From Candidatus Omnitrophota bacterium (GTDB lineage: Bacteria > Omnitrophota > Omnitrophia > Omnitrophales > Aquincolibacteriaceae), in contig JAUYMS010000047.1 in NCBI GenBank assembly GCA_030698625.1, positions 12,210 to 76,209 on the forward strand: a stretch of DNA of 64,000 bases, read 5' to 3'. The notes under the pieces were generated by a model. It was not told the DNA's origin, did not search any database, and worked only from the letters and a program-made list of their open reading frames with translations. Each line of letters begins with the position of its first letter. Position 1 is the stretch's first letter. Below are positions 48,451 to 58,600 of this stretch, one piece after another. The translations under genes and the position numbers were made by a program.

Positions 48451-50204
48451 GCCGCTTTCTTCTCCTCGCTCTTCTGGTCATTTGTCGACACGCGGTAGAT
48501 TTCCTCCACAGTTGTCTCACCTTCCAGCGCTTTGGCCACGGCGCTTTGCCTCAGAGTCGTCATTCCTTGCCGAACAGCGATCGCCTTCAAGTCATCTGAA
48601 GAGGCGCCTTGCATGATCCCCGCCATGACGGTAGGCGTCATTTCCATAATCTCGGTAATCACCCGCCGGCCCTGATACCCCGACTGGCGGCAGCGCACAC
48701 ATCCCTTAGCCTTATAAAACTGATGTGTTTTAGCGGGATCCAGCCCAAGATCTTTGACGAGGTCAGCTTCTGCTTCATAGGTATAGCGACACCTCTGGCA
48801 TATGCGCCTCACCAAGCGTTGGGCGGATACCATAATCACCGTCGACGCGATCAAGAAGGGCTCAAGCCCCATGTTGACCATACGGGTAATCGAACTCGGC
48901 GCGTCATTGGTGTGCAGTGTACTCAGCACCAGATGACCGGTCATGGCAGCCTTAACGGCAATGTCCAAAGTGTCCGTGTCACGAATTTCGCCGATCAGCA
49001 CGATATCGGGGTCCTGGCGCAGAATCGAGCGCAGTGCCGCGGGAAAGGTTAGTCCGATCGCCTCTTTCACATTCACCTGATTGATCCCGTGCACTTGATA
49101 TTCCACGGGTTCTTCCACCGTCGTGATGTTGACTTCCGGTTTATCCAGAAATTTCAACACAGAGTACAGCGTCGTGCTCTTTCCGCTACCCGTCGGGCCC
49201 GTCACCAGAATCATGCCGTGCGGTTTGCGCGAGCAATCCTTAATGATCTGCTGTTCCCGGTCACTGAAACCTAGCTTGGTTATGTCGTGACCCTGATTCG
49301 AGGTGTCCAGGATACGCAAACACACCTTTTCCCCGAAACTCGACGGCAAGATACTCACGCGCAAATCGACACTTCGCTTTTCTACCCGCACTTTAATGCG
49401 GCCGTCCTGCGGCACCCGATGTTCGGCGATATTGAGATCGCTCATGATCTTCACACGCGAAACAATGGCCGGCCCCATTCCGACAGGCGCTTTTATGAGC
49501 TCTTCGAGCATCCCGTCTACACGCACCCTCACTCTGACAAAGTTTTCCCATGGCTCGATGAAAATATCGCTCGCTTTCCTCTTGATGCCCTCAAGCAAGA
49601 CCATATTCACAATCTTGATGGTCGGCGACTCATGGGCCACCTTCGCCAGTTCCGCTTCCTCCGCGGCGGATTCCCCCGGATCTTCCATATCAATCATCTT
49701 GACCAAATCGTCGAGTTCTCCCCCGCGATCTTCGGTCTCGATATCCGGTGCATCGGTTTTCTTAAGGCTATAGTACTTTTCGATAAGCTTTCTCAGCGTG
49801 GCATAGCCGGCCACGCAGGCGCGAATCCGCAGGCCGGTAATAGCGTGGATCTCATCGATGGCTGCGAGGTTGGTCGGGTTGGCAAAAGCTACGGTCAGTG
49901 TCTTCTCATGCTGGCTGATCGCGAGAGCCGTGTATTTCTCCGCGACCTCCTTCGGGAAGCTGGCAATAACTGCATCGTCAATGATAAAGACGGTGGGATT
50001 CGTGAGGGTGTACCCAAACTCTTTGCTCAAGACACGGGCAAGTTTTTTCTCGTCAAACTTGCCCTTCTCAAAAACGGCATCGATGAGCGATTTCTTACCG
50101 TGTTCGGCTTCCATGAGCGCTTCGTGGAGGTCTTCGGCGCTCATGACCTTCTCGCCGATCAGCGCTTTCTGCAAATCACCGTAATAGGAATCTTTAGAAC
50201 CCAC
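48447..50204 (-). CDS. pilB: PilB/GspE extension ATPase, copy 1
   Basis: ASDIFIEP, GPTGSGKSTT, TVEEPVE, LRQDPD, GEIRD, tetracysteine motif. Confidence 0.93.
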   Translation of the reverse strand: MGSKDSYYGDLQKALIGEKVMSAEDLHEALMEAEHGKKSLIDAVFEKGKFDEKKLARVLSKEFGYTLTNPTVFIIDDAVIASFPKEVAEKYTALAISQHEKTLTVAFANPTNLAAIDEIHAITGLRIRACVAGYATLRKLIEKYYSLKKTDAPDIETEDRGGELDDLVKMIDMEDPGESAAEEAELAKVAHESPTIKIVNMVLLEGIKRKASDIFIEPWENFVRVRVRVDGMLEELIKAPVGMGPAIVSRVKIMSDLNIAEHRVPQDGRIKVRVEKRSVDLRVSILPSSFGEKVCLRILDTSNQGHDITKLGFSDREQQIIKDCSRKPHGMILVTGPTGSGKSTTLYSVLKFLDKPEVNITTVEEPVEYQVHGINQVNVKEAIGLTFPAALRSILRQDPDIVLIGEIRDTDTLDIAVKAAMTGHLVLSTLHTNDAPSSITRMVNMGLEPFLIASTVIMVSAQRLVRRICQRCRYTYEAEADLVKDLGLDPAKTHQFYKAKGCVRCRQSGYQGRRVITEIMEMTPTVMAGIMQGASSDDLKAIAVRQGMTTLRQSAVAKALEGETTVEEIYRVSTNDQKSEEKKAA

Positions 50205-50208
50205 AACT

Positions 50209-50679
50209 TCAACCCGCTTTTTTTAGTTTCTTCGTTTTTGATTGAGATGCGTTAGCAAGATCTATGAGTTCTAGAATTTCTCCGCTCGTCGACATAAATA
50301 CCTGCGGCTTCTTTTTCGTTTCCTGACGCGCCCGCTCAACACCCGGACAATGCAACGGATCTGAAACCGCTAAATAGATTCGCTGCTCGTCAACATCGAA
50401 GGCCACCATGGCGTGCTCCCGGCAAAAATCGGCATCGAATAGACGGACGGCGTCCATGTTAATCGAGTAATTTTGTAGGGCGATGAACGGAACCTTGAGC
50501 TGCTTACCAAGGGCTCCGATCAATTGTTCCTCCGAAATATGGCCCTGCTGCAGGAGAATGCGGCCGAGCAGACCGCCTTCCCCCTCCTGAACGAGGAGAG
50601 CTTCCTGGATATTCTCGTTCGTAAGCAGACCATCCTCGAGAAGGATCTCGCCCAAGCGTTTGCTTGAACTTTCCCCCAT
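50209..50679 (-). CDS. Standalone MshEN/GSPII_E_N domain protein (predicted c-di-GMP receptor)
   Basis: RLGEILLEDGLLTNENIQEALLVQ and LLGRILLQQGHISEEQLIGALGKQ; no ATPase domain. Confidence 0.85.
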   Translation of the reverse strand: MGESSSKRLGEILLEDGLLTNENIQEALLVQEGEGGLLGRILLQQGHISEEQLIGALGKQLKVPFIALQNYSINMDAVRLFDADFCREHAMVAFDVDEQRIYLAVSDPLHCPGVERARQETKKKPQVFMSTSGEILELIDLANASQSKTKKLKKAG

Positions 50680-50687
50680 AATAAACA

Positions 50688-50716
50688 AGTATAGCCAGAG
50701 AGATTTGCATTTACAA
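50688..50716 (-). promoter_or_regulatory. Sigma-70-type promoter of the pil operon
   Basis: TTGTAA-17 nt-TATACT, 8 nt before the ATG at 50679. Confidence 0.65.
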
Positions 50717-50838
50717 GTTATGCCGTGACTCTTATTTAATTGAATTGTTATATATTGATATCAGATGATACTGTAACCATAAATATGTTAAAAAACATTA
50801 CTAACAATAATTTCAAACCAATCAGCAGGAGAGCCAGA

Positions 50839-51525
50839 CTACAGGTAGGTTCTGAGGGGGCATTTCTCGCAGTGAGCGACTCGCGCTTTACAGTAGTCTT
50901 TGGCCACATTCACAATCTGTGCATGGTAGTCATTAAAAAGCGGCACGCTCTTAGGGAGGGCAGCTACGAAAAGCGACTGCCACTCGTGATAATCCGCCTC
51001 TAATTTGTGCAGGTGATGCCGGGAAAATACGCGCTTGGTATAGGTGTCAATCACGAAATGAGCCTTCCCGGCCGCATAGAGGAGAATAGAATCCGCTGTC
51101 TCCGGACCAATGCCGTTCACAGCAAGAAGCTCTTCCCGCAATTTGCTGCCGTTAACCGCAAACATCCGGTTCAGGCTTCCTTTATACCGAAGAAACAGAT
51201 AGTCAATGAAACACTTCAAACGCTTTGCCTTAACATTAAAGTAGCCGGCAGGACGAATCAAACGTGCGAGCGACGAATGGGTCATCTCCTTTAGCGCGCA
51301 CGGGCTTAACTTTTTGGCAGTCTTCAGATTGGCAATCGCTTTTTCGACATTCGTCCACGCCGTATTTTGCGTGAGGATGGCACCCACGATGACTTCAAAT
51401 GAGGTTTCCCCGGGCCACCAGTTTTGGTGGCCGTTAATGCGGCGCATCGTGCGGTACACACGCGCAAGGTCACGCGGCTTAAGTGCCCTTTTAGCCGGAG
51501 AGCGGAAATGTTTCAAGCGGCTCAT
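50839..51525 (-). CDS. HhH-GPD/endonuclease III-like DNA glycosylase
   Basis: GAILTQNTAW, LLAVNGIGPETAD, VIDTY. Start reassigned to MSRLKH. Confidence 0.88.
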   Translation of the reverse strand: MSRLKHFRSPAKRALKPRDLARVYRTMRRINGHQNWWPGETSFEVIVGAILTQNTAWTNVEKAIANLKTAKKLSPCALKEMTHSSLARLIRPAGYFNVKAKRLKCFIDYLFLRYKGSLNRMFAVNGSKLREELLAVNGIGPETADSILLYAAGKAHFVIDTYTKRVFSRHHLHKLEADYHEWQSLFVAALPKSVPLFNDYHAQIVNVAKDYCKARVAHCEKCPLRTYL

Positions 51526-52060
51526 AGCGGGGGCCCCCGGGGGCGGGAAGGCTCTGGTATAAAATAATTTTATCGATGATACGCGTTTCGGTCGGCTGCA
51601 TCTCAACGGCGTCCAAGCTTCCGACCGCGCTTTCTCCTTTGCGCGTTCGGCCCACAGTCACATGCGGACGAAACGGCCGTTCTTCCACAGGGAAACCCCT
51701 GAGCTTTAACGAATGTTCGAGACTCTGCTGCATAGTCAGTAAATCATCGAGTTTGCCGCCGAGGCCAATCCAGGTAATGCGCGGCTGCTGCTGATTCGGA
51801 AAGTAGCCCACCTCCCGCAGGTTGACCGCAATCGGCGCGCATTTTTCAGCCAGGGGCCCGGCAACATCTTTGATCACCGCGACATCATCACGGGAAGTAC
51901 GGCCGAAGAAATGAAGTGTCACATGTGTGTTTTCCGCGCGCACCCAATTAATGCCGTCAACCCGGCTGCTGATAAACTCGAGGAAAAATTTGATTTCTCT
52001 CGGGAAGGATTCTGCAATCGGCAGGGCCAGGAACGTACGCAGGTTCTCTTCAGGCATCAC
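51491..52060 (-). CDS. thpR: RNA 2',3'-cyclic phosphodiesterase (2H family)
   Basis: RTFLAL, HVTLHF and PHVTVGR (two HxT motifs). Confidence 0.93.
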   Translation of the reverse strand: MMPEENLRTFLALPIAESFPREIKFFLEFISSRVDGINWVRAENTHVTLHFFGRTSRDDVAVIKDVAGPLAEKCAPIAVNLREVGYFPNQQQPRITWIGLGGKLDDLLTMQQSLEHSLKLRGFPVEERPFRPHVTVGRTRKGESAVGSLDAVEMQPTETRIIDKIILYQSLPAPGGPRYEPLETFPLSG

Positions 52061-53291
52061 GTCTCAATTGACGCCACAAGTACTCCAATGCCTTCATGGA
52101 CGCCTTCTGCTGAACCTGATGACGGTCGCCCCAAAACTCATGCTGCCACACCCGCGAGCGCTTTCCGTTCGCAAGAGCGATATAAACAAGTCCCACCGGC
52201 TTCTTTCGCGTACCGCCGTCGGGACCCGCGACACCGGTGATCGCAATGCCATAGGTTGTTTTGAGTTTTCGGCGAACGCCTTCGGCCATCTGTAAAGCAA
52301 CGTCATCGGAAACCGCGCCGTACCTCCGCAAGTCGGCCGGAGACACGCCGAGGAGGTCCTCTTTGACGGCATTGGTATAGGAGACAATACTCCCCTTGAA
52401 GTACTTGCTCGCGCCCGAGACTTTCGTGATCTCAGAAGACAGCAGTCCCCCGCTGCAGCTTTCCGCCGCCGAAAGTGTCTTTCTGCTTTTTGTTAAAAGC
52501 TTTCCGACTGCCTCCGGAAACTTGATGTCTTCATAGGCGTAGACAGAACTCCCCAACCGCCGCCTCACCATCGCCTTCAAACGAGCCACCGTTGCCCGCC
52601 TCGGTGCATAAATCCGTATCGAAACTTCCCCGACATGCGGATAGATTCCAAACTCGAACTTTTCGCGGAAAAAACCCTTCCCCAACTTCTGCATGATTTC
52701 CGGTTCCGAGATGCCCACAAACTTTGCCACGAACGGGACCTTGGGTTTCACCCGCCGGAAGTGCCTGAGCGCGAGCGGCTTAACGCGGTGCGCGAACATC
52801 TTCTCCAACTCACGCGGCACTCCGGGCAAAACCACAATCATCCGGCTGCCGCACACGATATAAAAACCGAGAGCAATGCCGTGGCGATTCACGAGCGGCA
52901 CCGCATTATCGGGAAAAAGAGCCTCACGCCTTACCAGTTCCGGTACAACCTTATGACGCTTGGCGTAGTACTTCGTAATTTGGTTGTATTGAGTTTTGGA
53001 GAGGACGAGGGGTACCTGAAAAAACTCGGCGACACCGTCTCGCGTGACATCGTCAGGCGTGGGCCCCAACCCCCCCGACATAATGACAAGATCAGAGCGC
53101 GAAATCGCAGTGGCAATGCGCTCGCAAATCTCTTCAACCTCATCCGGACAGCTCCCCTGGGCCTTCACATCAAAGCCCAGTTCGGTGAGTTCCCGCCCCA
53201 GGAATTTGGCGTTGCTGTTCAGGACGCTCCCTTTCAACAGCTCATCGCCTATCGTAATGAGCTCTGCGGTGTGTCTCCCCGGAACCTTCAT
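52050..53291 (-). CDS. cinA: CinA (MoCF domain plus NMN deamidase)
   Basis: IGDELL, GGLGPTPDD, AESCSGG, TGVAGPDGG, PVGLV. Confidence 0.95.
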   Translation of the reverse strand: MKVPGRHTAELITIGDELLKGSVLNSNAKFLGRELTELGFDVKAQGSCPDEVEEICERIATAISRSDLVIMSGGLGPTPDDVTRDGVAEFFQVPLVLSKTQYNQITKYYAKRHKVVPELVRREALFPDNAVPLVNRHGIALGFYIVCGSRMIVVLPGVPRELEKMFAHRVKPLALRHFRRVKPKVPFVAKFVGISEPEIMQKLGKGFFREKFEFGIYPHVGEVSIRIYAPRRATVARLKAMVRRRLGSSVYAYEDIKFPEAVGKLLTKSRKTLSAAESCSGGLLSSEITKVSGASKYFKGSIVSYTNAVKEDLLGVSPADLRRYGAVSDDVALQMAEGVRRKLKTTYGIAITGVAGPDGGTRKKPVGLVYIALANGKRSRVWQHEFWGDRHQVQQKASMKALEYLWRQLRRDA

Positions 53292-54307
53292 GCGAACACC
53301 CACCACATAATCAGCCAAGCATAAAAGCCCGCAACCAGATCATCGCAAAGAATGCCCCAATACCCCGGTAGTCTTTCCGCGCGCCGCGCAGGAAAGGGTT
53401 TCCAGATATCGAAAAGGCGAAAGAGCAGAAATCCGGTAAGCAACGACAAAGGCGAAAGCGGGATGAGCAGAAAAGTCACGAACATTCCTGCGCCTTCATC
53501 GACGGTGACAAAAGACGGGTCCTTATTTTGACTCAAATCCAGGCGCGAGACCGCCCAATAACCGGCCCAAGCGATTGCCGCGCCCGTCAGGATATAGAGC
53601 CACACGCTGTGGGCGGTCAAGAGAATGAGAGGGATAACAAAGAGACTGCCCCACGTGCCGGGAGCGATGGGTAACAAACCCACGCCCATCGCAGAAGTGA
53701 ACTTTGCAAATGACGGGCTTTGCAAGATTTCGCGATTAGCCGCAAAAACAGAGTAGCCCGAAACGAGGGTGAGTATTAGGGTGATAATCAAAGTTCCGAA
53801 CATGGTCCACCGGAGACTTTCTGTGATGAGTTCCGAGAGGCCGAGGTCTAAAGCCACCACATACGCTATCGCGAAAGCAAGCACCACGACCTGAAAAGTC
53901 AGCTTAACCTTGCCGAGCATCTCGGCGCCTACCGCCTTCTTATCAATCAGCCACCCAATACGGCAAAACGTAACAATCAACTCCCGCGCAAAAATCGGGA
54001 CAAGCCAATACCCCGAATACAGGCCGCGCAAGCTGAAAGCCGCAAGCGTGGTCAGAATAAGCACCTTATCGGCAATGGGATCCATAATCCTGCCGAAATC
54101 GCTCTCGAGGGAAAGTTTGCGGGCGAGATAACCGTCGAAGTAGTCGGTCACTGCGGCCACCGTAAAAATAATCGCTGCCCAGATATGGGCCGTCAGTGAA
54201 TTACTGAGGATAAGGAACGGCAGACTGAGGCTCAGAAGAATGCGCAGGTAGCAGAGAATATTCGGGGGTTGTAACAGCTCGCGTCTACCGCTCGCCCAAG
54301 AGGTCAT
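53288..54307 (-). CDS. pgsA: PgsA-PgpA fusion (PGP synthase plus PGP phosphatase A)
   Basis: TDYFDGYLAR...GRIMDPIADK CDP-alcohol motif, then APGTWGS, DPSFVTVDE, FRLFDIWKP, GILCDDLVAG. Confidence 0.9.
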   Translation of the reverse strand: MTSWASGRRELLQPPNILCYLRILLSLSLPFLILSNSLTAHIWAAIIFTVAAVTDYFDGYLARKLSLESDFGRIMDPIADKVLILTTLAAFSLRGLYSGYWLVPIFARELIVTFCRIGWLIDKKAVGAEMLGKVKLTFQVVVLAFAIAYVVALDLGLSELITESLRWTMFGTLIITLILTLVSGYSVFAANREILQSPSFAKFTSAMGVGLLPIAPGTWGSLFVIPLILLTAHSVWLYILTGAAIAWAGYWAVSRLDLSQNKDPSFVTVDEGAGMFVTFLLIPLSPLSLLTGFLLFRLFDIWKPFPARRAERLPGYWGILCDDLVAGFYAWLIMWWVFA

Positions 54308-55643
54308 ATTCCCTGCACCCTGTGATGCGAACCGGATAAAACTCTCCGATTCGGAGTTCCTGCTTCGGGCTGCGCACAATCACATTACCGTCTACTTCGG
54401 GTGCATCCATCTCTGAACGGCCGATCCACTGCTGGGAATCTTTTTCGTCCCGCTCTTCAACCAAGACTTTGAGAGTTTTTCCGACCATGCGCTCGTTGTT
54501 TTCAAGCGAGACGCTTTGCTGCAGCCGCATGGCTCGATCCAAGCGGTCTTGTTTAACGTCTTCGTTGATCTGATCGCCGAGCTTCGCGGCCGCTGATCCC
54601 TCTTCCTGCGAATACGTGAATATACCGAGACGTTCAAACTTCATCTCTGCCATGAATGCCATGAGCTCCTCAAAATCTTCTTCCGTCTCACCGGGGTATC
54701 CCACAATAAAGGTCGTGCGAATTGCCAAATTCGGAACCGTCTCGCGAAACTGCCGGAGCAGATCCACGGTCCGCCGCTTTGTGATGCCGCGATTCATGGC
54801 AGTGAGCATGCGGTCGCTGGCGTGTTGCAGCGGCATGTCCAGATACTTGCAAACCCGGTCGAGATCGCGCATGGCTATCATCAGATCCTTGTTAAGGCAT
54901 GAGGGATACGCATAGAGTACGCGAATCCACTCCAGCTCGGATATGCCGTTAAGCTCATGGAGGAGCCTCGGCAGAAGATATTCGCCGCCGTGATCTCGTC
55001 CGAAGTAGGACGTATCCTGCCCCGTGAGGACGAGTTCTTTGGCGCCGCTCCTTGCCAAGCCCTGAGCCTCGAGCACGACGTCCTCGATGGTTCGGGAACG
55101 ATGTTTGCCGCGAAAAGACGGGATCACACAGAAGGCGCAAGTATGATCGCAACCTTCTGATATTTTCAAATACCGGTAATGCGCGGGGGTCAACGCGATG
55201 CGGTTCTCGCCCGAGGTCGTCAGATAACCGGGCCTGCCGATCTCGAAAACCTTCTTGCCGGCAGCAACCTCGTCCACGATCTCGGCGATCTTTTGATACT
55301 CCCCCGACCCCACGAACGCGTCCACCTCTTTGAGGTCTTTTTGCAATTCGCGCGGAAAACGCTGCACGAGGCAGCCCATGACGATGACCGCTCGGATCTG
55401 TTTCTGTTTCTTGAGTTCAATCAACTCCAGAATGCGGTCGACTGACTCCTGCTGAGCCTCTTGAATGAATGCGCAGGTATTGAGCAACGCAATATCACAA
55501 TCCGTGACCGAATCCACGATCTCATACCGGGATGCGGGAAGCTTGCCGAGAATGACTTCACTATCAACCAGGGTTTTGGGACAGCCGAGTGAAAGCATCC
55601 CGATCTTTACATGAGTCATTGATGTGGGGTTTGTGGTTTTCAT
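54285..55643 (-). CDS. rimO: Ribosomal protein S12 methylthiotransferase
   Basis: SLGCPK, NTCAFI, KISEGCDHTCAFC, DAPEVDG, TRAM domain. Confidence 0.96.
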   Translation of the reverse strand: MKTTNPTSMTHVKIGMLSLGCPKTLVDSEVILGKLPASRYEIVDSVTDCDIALLNTCAFIQEAQQESVDRILELIELKKQKQIRAVIVMGCLVQRFPRELQKDLKEVDAFVGSGEYQKIAEIVDEVAAGKKVFEIGRPGYLTTSGENRIALTPAHYRYLKISEGCDHTCAFCVIPSFRGKHRSRTIEDVVLEAQGLARSGAKELVLTGQDTSYFGRDHGGEYLLPRLLHELNGISELEWIRVLYAYPSCLNKDLMIAMRDLDRVCKYLDMPLQHASDRMLTAMNRGITKRRTVDLLRQFRETVPNLAIRTTFIVGYPGETEEDFEELMAFMAEMKFERLGIFTYSQEEGSAAAKLGDQINEDVKQDRLDRAMRLQQSVSLENNERMVGKTLKVLVEERDEKDSQQWIGRSEMDAPEVDGNVIVRSPKQELRIGEFYPVRITGCREYDLLGER

Positions 55644-55680
55644 GGGAAAATTGGCTCGTATTATAGCATATTTAGCGGGA

Positions 55681-58600
55681 TTATGCCGCAGCGGCGGCGA
55701 ATTCGGCGAAGCGCTCGGCATCCAGCATAGCCGAGAGGAAGGCGTCCAGGCCTATAAGGGCCGCTGCGTCGCGAGCATAAAAGCGATCATCTGCGCCCTG
55801 GAGGAGGAATCGAGCTGCTTCATCAACCTCGGTGGCATTCAACAGAAGCGCCGAAAAGGCCCCCGCCACAAAAGAACCCAGGTGGCGGCGGATCTGAGTC
55901 GCGTCTATCGGCAACGCCTCACCGCTCGGGAGGCGGTTAGTCACCACACTCACATGGGGCGGTATCTGCGACTCAAGCCCCCCCTCAAAAGAGGCGGTTG
56001 CGGCGAAAGCCACCTGGCGCCCTGAGAGCAGGGCCGCACCCAATCGCTCGAAATCGGTACGCCCGGTGAGGCGTATCCGCGGTCGCAGGCTTCTTAGCTC
56101 GGAGCGAAATCCTGCCAACTTTTCATCCAGAATACGCGCAAACAGCCTGCGAAAGTCTCGAATATTATCTCCATCGACAAGAACGACAACCCCGTGCTCA
56201 CCCGATTCGTTTCGGATAAGCGATCCGATCACTGCGTCCACATAGATTTCCATTTCGTCCGCGGTAAAATCCTGCGGTACCACCGACACAACTGTAAGCG
56301 GAAGATCGCTGTGTCGAATCGCATCACTCACGAGGACTTCGTTCGGGCTCAAGGCGCGGACTACCGCGGCTGGTAATATTTCTGCGACAATCGCACTGCG
56401 AACCTCCGGGCCGACATTCAAACCGGCAAGATTCTGCAGAAATCTGGCGACACTCGCACGCGTCTCAAATCTCACTTCGACACTTTTGTTCGCTTCGTTC
56501 TGCTCACGCAATTCCGATCTCTGAAACGCGAAGTGAACCTCCGCCCCGTCTCTGGCCCTCTCCTGTTGGACATGGTCTCGCAGGGCCTGCTCCGAGGCGG
56601 CCGTATCTCCGCGCCTCCCGGCAATGGCGCGCAAGGACTCCTGCGTTTCCGAACTGAGGAGCAGTCGCGAAAAGGCCGTCCGAAGCGACTCGGCGTCACT
56701 AGGCCCCGACGCCAAAAAGCGTTTGAGCGTGACTTCAAAAATGGCCTCACCGCCATTTTCACCTCGCGCAAAGAGCCCGAAGGCCGCGAGCACCTCTCCG
56801 TCCCCATGGCTCAAATTCCAGTCCCGTGAAAACTGAAAACGATGCCGCTCGCCAGCGCTGAGGCGGCTTTCCAACGCGCCGACCAATCCGGTTAAGAAAT
56901 CGTCAAAAGCAGCAAGGACAGCGAATTTCCCGCCGTTGACCTGAGTCACCTTGGCAAGTTGCCGCGCCACATCCGCCGCTTCTGCCCCTCTATCAGAATC
57001 CTTCAATTCCCGCTTGAAATCCCTAAGAGATTTGCCGTCCCTGACCGGAATTCCGATGATTAGCTCCTCCGCCAGGGCCTCATTGCCGGATTGTCCGTAC
57101 TTTGAAAAATCCACGGCTGAGGGATTCGCGCGCTCACCTGTGAGCATTAGAAGGTCGGATTCGACTTCATCTGCAAAGACATCCTTCCCCAGGTTCGCCT
57201 CCACGTATTGCTGAGCGGTTAGTTCCAGAGACGGGAGTGCTTTCTTGCCGCCGATCTCCAGATCGCCCCGGGCATAAAGTGTCGCAACCGCGTGATACAC
57301 ATTGTAGGCCGCAATCCGCGCGAAAGAACTGCGGTCCTTAGCCGCAAAGTTTTCGGCATAGACGGCTTCGCGAAGCCGGGGATCCGCATCAAATGTCTGC
57401 TTCACCCAAGCCGGCGTATTCCCGAAGAACAGTTCCACTTTCTCGTCAAAGATACTGCGCCGATTTCCGTTCTCATCCGGCGTTTTCACGTGAAGCATCA
57501 GCGCCGCAAAGAGTTTCGCGTCACTCCCGTACGCCTCCCACCGCTCGGCGGCAATAGCTTCAGCCCTGCCGCTGTTGATATGATCCGCATCACTGAGGAC
57601 CTGTGGATCATTAAGCGGAAGCTCCGCACTCGACTGAAAGAACCTGGGGCTACCTAATAATCGCTCATAAGTTGGCAACAGCCCCGGCGCGTTGAAGTCA
57701 CCGCGGCGGTAAGCATCCGCTGCGGCACTCAAGGTCCCTACAGCCACCTCCACCCTGTGTTCTTCCGGATAGAGAAGTGCCGTACGGGCCTCCGTCGGTT
57801 CTGTCCCCGCCACGAAATCATAATTGATTCCGTTCGCACGCACCCACTCCACGAAAACGGTTTCCGGAACATAGGCAAACAATTCACGCTTTCCCGGATC
57901 TTGGATATACAGTCTATTGATCGTTACGCGGGAAATACCATACTCGCCCTGCCTAACGTTCAGGGCGCCGTAACTCGCAAGATCTACCTGCGGGTCGTGA
58001 ATCGCAACATTTAGGGGAGCGCCATCCGCATCCACAAAGATAATTTCGACTTCCTCCGGACTCACGGCACCCACGTATTTCATGAGATTGTAGCGAATAC
58101 TGCGGTCTTCCAAATCGGCACGGCGTCGGCCTTCAGGGGTGTTCTCAACGTATTTGATGCGCTCGATCAACGTCCCCTTGTATTTGTTCTTAGGATCCTC
58201 ATATACCTTAAACGACAGAACACGCGGGACAACACGTCCAACGGGATCCCGCTCGGCAAGAATATGAAGTTCGTACACCTTTCCATTAATTCCCGTGCGG
58301 ACAGTCACTTCATCGGTGTCTTCATAGATCGTGTAATTCCCGACCCCAAAGAACCCGGAACTCTTGGTCTCATCCATCAATCCCTGGCTTTCCAACCAAT
58401 CATGAATCTGGGAAGCCGGCGTCGACGGATCCTCGAGCATCCGAACGATCTCTGCCGTCACCTCATTCAACCGGTCTTCCTCCAACTTACCGACGAGGGC
58501 TTTGATGATTTTCCGGGCGATGTCCTCAGCCGGCCCGCCCCGGTCAACCAGAGTTTGGATGAATTCCAGCGGTGACTTCGTGGTTGCCTGCGGCGGAATA

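Noticed and set aside
49287-50255. 322-aa plus-strand ORF, and similar ones at 5931..6929, 18032..19015 and 35271..36107
   Set aside because: Antisense shadows of well-supported minus-strand genes, with no recognisable motifs.
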